Of a stretch of DNA of 64,000 bases, positions 60,677 to 64,000 are shown one piece after another. The notes below the pieces were generated by a model. It saw nothing but the letters and a program-made list of their open reading frames with translations. It had not been told where the DNA came from and made no database searches. The DNA is from Bacteroidia bacterium (GTDB lineage: Bacteria; Bacteroidota; Bacteroidia; M30B66): positions 3,200,001 through 3,264,000 of the forward strand of contig OZ257142.1 of assembly GCA_965279035.1 (NCBI GenBank), read 5' to 3'. The translations under genes were made by a program, and so were the position numbers. Numbering within the stretch: the first letter of the stretch is position 1; every line of letters begins with the position of its first letter.

Positions 60677-60957
60677 AAGTCTCGATTTAAAAGGTATTTA
60701 AAAAGCCAGGGGGCTTGAATTCCAATTCCAAGTTGTGCGAGGTCACCACAAATAATTGCAATGAAAATGCTGGAGAAAATGATTTGGAAAAATGAAGCTG
60801 AAAACTCTAATTCATGACCACCTGAAACTTGCTGAGCAAGTGAGTTGATGTAATCAACTGCAGGAAATGAATAGATAAATAAAATGGCAAAAAGAGGGGT
60901 TGCAATTATTGTTGGCCAGTCGATTAAAAACTGGATGATCTTTCGAAAGATTTTCAT
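60574..60957 (-). CDS. Holin-like membrane protein (about 3 TM)
   Basis: Three hydrophobic segments; immediately upstream of and overlapping endolysin; start at ATG 60957. Confidence 0.6.
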   Translation of the reverse strand: MKIFRKIIQFLIDWPTIIATPLFAILFIYSFPAVDYINSLAQQVSGGHELEFSASFFQIIFSSIFIAIICGDLAQLGIGIQAPWLFKYLLNRDLCTDEFFSMSATSRQWLLFAYMALFMFILSQFAG

Positions 60958-60961
60958 TGTA

Positions 60962-61348
60962 TTAGTTTTTGAGTTGTTTTTGTAGATCAATGACTTGACG
61001 GGTTAATTCAGCAGATTTCTTTTTCTCACTTTCAAGCTCTTTCATCACATTATCATAAGCTTTTTGAAGCGCTTCAAGGCTTTTTCGAGCAACTTCTTCC
61101 CGCTCCTGGACCATTTCCATTTGATGCTGCAGTGATTCAATTTGCTTAGCCTGGCGTTCTGAAATTTGTTGAAAGAGCTGGCTAATTGTTACATCTGCTT
61201 CAGCTTGTATTTTATTTGCTTCTGCCTGTGTTTTTGATGTTTCCGCAGATCGTTTTGCACGATTTTGTGCACCTCGTATAATGGTTACAAGAATGAACGT
61301 AACTCCACCACCAAAACCAAAGCTTCCAAGCATGCTTATGAACTCCAT
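60962..61348 (-). CDS. Holin/antiholin-like protein, N-terminal TM plus coiled coil
   Basis: Gly-rich hydrophobic N-terminus then long heptad-rich helix; first gene of lysis cassette. Confidence 0.5.
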   Translation of the reverse strand: MEFISMLGSFGFGGGVTFILVTIIRGAQNRAKRSAETSKTQAEANKIQAEADVTISQLFQQISERQAKQIESLQHQMEMVQEREEVARKSLEALQKAYDNVMKELESEKKKSAELTRQVIDLQKQLKN

Positions 61349-61353
61349 TTCAA

Positions 61354-62346
61354 TTAAATTAAAGCGTGAACTCCTGAACCATCTTTATTCTTGAATGGTC
61401 CTCCATTATATAATTCTGGTGCAGCGAAAAGCGGATAGTCGCTTGCATTATCAATGATGAACTTTTGAAGCATTGATAATTGTTCGGGACCAAGTTTTCT
61501 GCAGCTGGCAGAAAGATTTGAAATCTTTTGATCAGGTGCTGCTACTTTTCCTCTTGAAACGTTGCTGTTTACGCTGTTTGAAAGCACAGTGATTCCAAGG
61601 TCGCTCCACTCTACTTCACTTAAAGAAATTGCATCGCCTAAAGCACAGTAGGCAACTGCAGGACGAGCAATATCAATTATTGCTTTGTTTGCAACAGAAA
61701 CAGTGTTCGACTGGATCTGATCTAGAATTTCAGAAAGTAAATTTTTGCCAAGAATAGATGCGAGCTGCTGCGTTTCAATTCTTGTTACATGTGGTTTTAT
61801 GAATCGAAATAAACGGCGCGTAACAAGTACACCAGTCACTAATTCTAATTCAGAAGTTGACCGAACAATTGCACGGGAAAATGCAGTGTATTCTTTTGAA
61901 TTGGTCCAGGTGGAGAACTGATCTTTATTTTGTTCTAAGAATTCAAGAGCTTGCTCAATTCCAGTATATGCATCTCGTAAATATGCATCTAGAGCCTGTG
62001 TAGTATCAAAAGGTTTTGCGTCCTTCTCGTTCTCATTTTCTGTTACACGAATTCCTTGGCTATCAAATGTTACTTTATGCTTTGGAGCATATAGGTAAAT
62101 AGAGTAATTTGCCAATGGAGCTCGAAGCATTTTAATTGCTTCCAATTGAATTGCTGAAGGTGTATCATCATTGAATACATCAATCAGTTCTTTCAAGAAT
62201 TCTCGCCCAATTTCTTTAGATATAAATGCATTTTGAGCATTATATATCTGAGCAGGGAGTTTTACAAAAAACGGATCCATTGCTTTTGAAAGCGGAACGA
62301 ATTCTATGAATTCTTCAAAGGTTTTAAAAAGGGTTCTAAAAGCCAT
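61354..62346 (-). CDS. DUF6712-like head-tail adaptor protein
   Basis: Directly downstream of portal; two internally similar halves (ISKEIGREFLKEL...APLANY / LASILGKNLLSEI...PAVAYC). Confidence 0.65.
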   Translation of the reverse strand: MAFRTLFKTFEEFIEFVPLSKAMDPFFVKLPAQIYNAQNAFISKEIGREFLKELIDVFNDDTPSAIQLEAIKMLRAPLANYSIYLYAPKHKVTFDSQGIRVTENENEKDAKPFDTTQALDAYLRDAYTGIEQALEFLEQNKDQFSTWTNSKEYTAFSRAIVRSTSELELVTGVLVTRRLFRFIKPHVTRIETQQLASILGKNLLSEILDQIQSNTVSVANKAIIDIARPAVAYCALGDAISLSEVEWSDLGITVLSNSVNSNVSRGKVAAPDQKISNLSASCRKLGPEQLSMLQKFIIDNASDYPLFAAPELYNGGPFKNKDGSGVHALI

Positions 62347-63647
62347 TAGTTCGCAGGTTGAGCGGTTGGTTTACCTGAAGTCATTGAACTCATAAAAGTG
62401 ATTCCGATTTGAAATTCTAAATCTGAATCCCATCCGTTGTAATCTCTAATTACATAAAGAGGTTCCAGCACTAAATCATGATATGGTTTGATGCTGGCCA
62501 TAAATAAATTATAGGAAGCATTAATGTCGCTTCCGGATCCGGCAGTTTGTCCTTTTCCTTGTATGTGTGGGAAAAGCTGCGGGTCAATATCGAGTGCGTT
62601 GCATAAATGAGCAACAGCTTCTGAAGAGTCTTCTACATAAACACCTGATTTAATTTTATCGTCGATGGATGTTACTCTCCAAGCTATGCGCTCTTCTCCG
62701 CTTTTATCATAATAAAACCCAGTTAACAGGGTTTTCATGGCATTTTTCTGTCCGGATAATTGTTTGTTAAAGTCTTCTACAAACGCTGACTTATGAAGCC
62801 TTTGTTCTTCAGCTGTGAAGTTTGCCCATCCATCATACATATTTGGCCAATACTCTTCATTGACTTCCAAATGATACTTCAGACTGATTTGATTTTTCAT
62901 CATCCATGTTTTGAACTCTGGAATCTGAATTGAGTATTCTAGCCATCCGGAAGAAATCGCACCGTTCCATGCGGCTAATTGATAGAAGTGTTTGCCAGGT
63001 GATGGATAGCTTACAGGGTAAACGAAACGAAAACCGTCTTTTCTGTTTTTAAGCTGACCGGCAGCATCCCAATAAGGATCAATAACAGGAACTGTAATCA
63101 AATCAACGTTGGGATCTCGGTCCCAATTTGCACTAAGAAAGCAGTTTTCGACTAAGCCATTTTCAGGATTTTGCCATTCCCAACGGCAATGACAAGCCTC
63201 TTCAATGAATAATTGAACGATTTGATTTCTATCTAGACTTAATATAAGATTTGGATAGAAATTAACGAACCAATATAAATCGCTGAATGCTTCCATAAGG
63301 TAGCGATTCAGGTTGTTTTTACGTTTAAATTCTTCGAAAAGAGGGTACTTTTCGGGTACAAAAACCTCTTTATTATCAATATACTGTTTGCGTCCAATTT
63401 GAATTCCACCGGCATAAGAAAGCCTTGCTTTGCGATCGATTGCAGGTGCTATAACGGTGCTTTTTGAAGCAGCTTCAACTACTCTTTGCGGAAACAAATT
63501 ATCATCTCCCCAAGGCACCCATTTAGTTCCACCATTTTGTTGAGGAACGGTTGAGCGTGGCTCCGGAATTTTACCACCTGGAGTCATAATGATTCCAGAT
63601 TCAGTTGCAATAATTGTTCTGCCGTTATGTGTGAATGACTTTATCAT
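62346..63647 (-). CDS. Phage portal protein
   Basis: WVPWGDDNLFPQ, YPSPGKHFYQ...W, QISLKYH, GSGSD...LEPL...YNGWD motifs of Bacteroidota phage portals; TAATG coupling at 63647. Confidence 0.8.
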   Translation of the reverse strand: MIKSFTHNGRTIIATESGIIMTPGGKIPEPRSTVPQQNGGTKWVPWGDDNLFPQRVVEAASKSTVIAPAIDRKARLSYAGGIQIGRKQYIDNKEVFVPEKYPLFEEFKRKNNLNRYLMEAFSDLYWFVNFYPNLILSLDRNQIVQLFIEEACHCRWEWQNPENGLVENCFLSANWDRDPNVDLITVPVIDPYWDAAGQLKNRKDGFRFVYPVSYPSPGKHFYQLAAWNGAISSGWLEYSIQIPEFKTWMMKNQISLKYHLEVNEEYWPNMYDGWANFTAEEQRLHKSAFVEDFNKQLSGQKNAMKTLLTGFYYDKSGEERIAWRVTSIDDKIKSGVYVEDSSEAVAHLCNALDIDPQLFPHIQGKGQTAGSGSDINASYNLFMASIKPYHDLVLEPLYVIRDYNGWDSDLEFQIGITFMSSMTSGKPTAQPAN

Positions 63648-63928
63648 TACCAATTAATTGTATGACCAACTTTTCCAAATTCAACACAGAGAATTAATCG
63701 AATGTGAATTGGATTAGGATGTGCGGTATTACCAGGGGCGCTCACGTTGATCATCTGAAGATTCTTTTGATTAGATTTTGATCCAAGCTTTGTGACATTA
63801 TTTAAAGTGATTATTTCACCACCTTTTTTTCTTCCAGAATCGTAGGTCACGTAAGTGATTCCGAAGGTGATTTTATCACCTCGCTCATCACAATCATCCA
63901 TCTTCTGCAGGGCATCACGTAAGATCAT
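63647..63928 (-). CDS. Phage hypothetical protein upstream of portal
   Basis: 93-aa ORF coupled to portal; F-x-I-x-Y-V-T...GG-E-I...I-H-I-R-L-I pattern. Confidence 0.6.
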   Translation of the reverse strand: MILRDALQKMDDCDERGDKITFGITYVTYDSGRKKGGEIITLNNVTKLGSKSNQKNLQMINVSAPGNTAHPNPIHIRLILCVEFGKVGHTINW

Positions 63929-64000
63929 GCAGCTAATTTGAAACTCATTAGCCGTTTACTAAAGGACACAACCGGTTGCTAGTTATTCTTTAGTAGAGTT

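Larger units (their letters stand above)
45711..64000. mobile_element. Prophage integrated at the 3' end of ssrA; continues beyond the window
   Basis: Tyrosine integrase abutting tmRNA 3' end followed by tape measure, tail, lysis and portal genes; second att copy not in window. Confidence 0.92.

Noticed and set aside
1-64000. Genome-wide or prophage-specific TAG reassignment suggested by the in-frame amber at 12621
   Set aside because: Very long ORFs (2605, 1269, 1184 aa) contain no in-frame TAG, the kinase ends at TAG 44019-44021 where readthrough would run antisense into the next gene, and the tRNA-Gln has a normal TTG anticodon, not CTA
1-64000. CRISPR array or insertion sequence
   Set aside because: No regularly spaced direct repeats, cas genes or transposase motifs seen

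Overview
AT-rich Bacteroidota chromosome segment (type IX secretion genes, TAnnTTTG -7 promoter boxes, Bacteroidota-type tmRNA tag GENNYALAA). Positions 1-45.7 kb are host backbone: a SprB-like adhesin/PorP/PorE-like T9SS locus, three more type-B-CTD cargo proteins, an M43 protease, crtI-family desaturase, DUF2723 glycosyltransferase cluster, tRNA-Gln(TTG), mazG, ispE, accA, rluF, lepB-wbqC, a hybrid histidine kinase and ssrA (tmRNA). From the ssrA 3' end (~45.7 kb) to the window edge lies a prophage: tyrosine integrase, an AT-rich two-gene moron (304-aa soluble protein + 161-aa 4-TM protein, RexAB-like architecture, best candidate for an undescribed anti-phage system), then a minus-strand virion operon (portal, DUF6712-like adaptor, four-gene lysis cassette with CHAP endolysin and unimolecular-spanin-like lipoprotein, tail genes, tape measure fused to a collagen tail). 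A YjdI-CDGSH Fe-S fusion gene is interrupted by a single in-frame TAG. Family assignments are from motif recognition by eye; no database searches were run.
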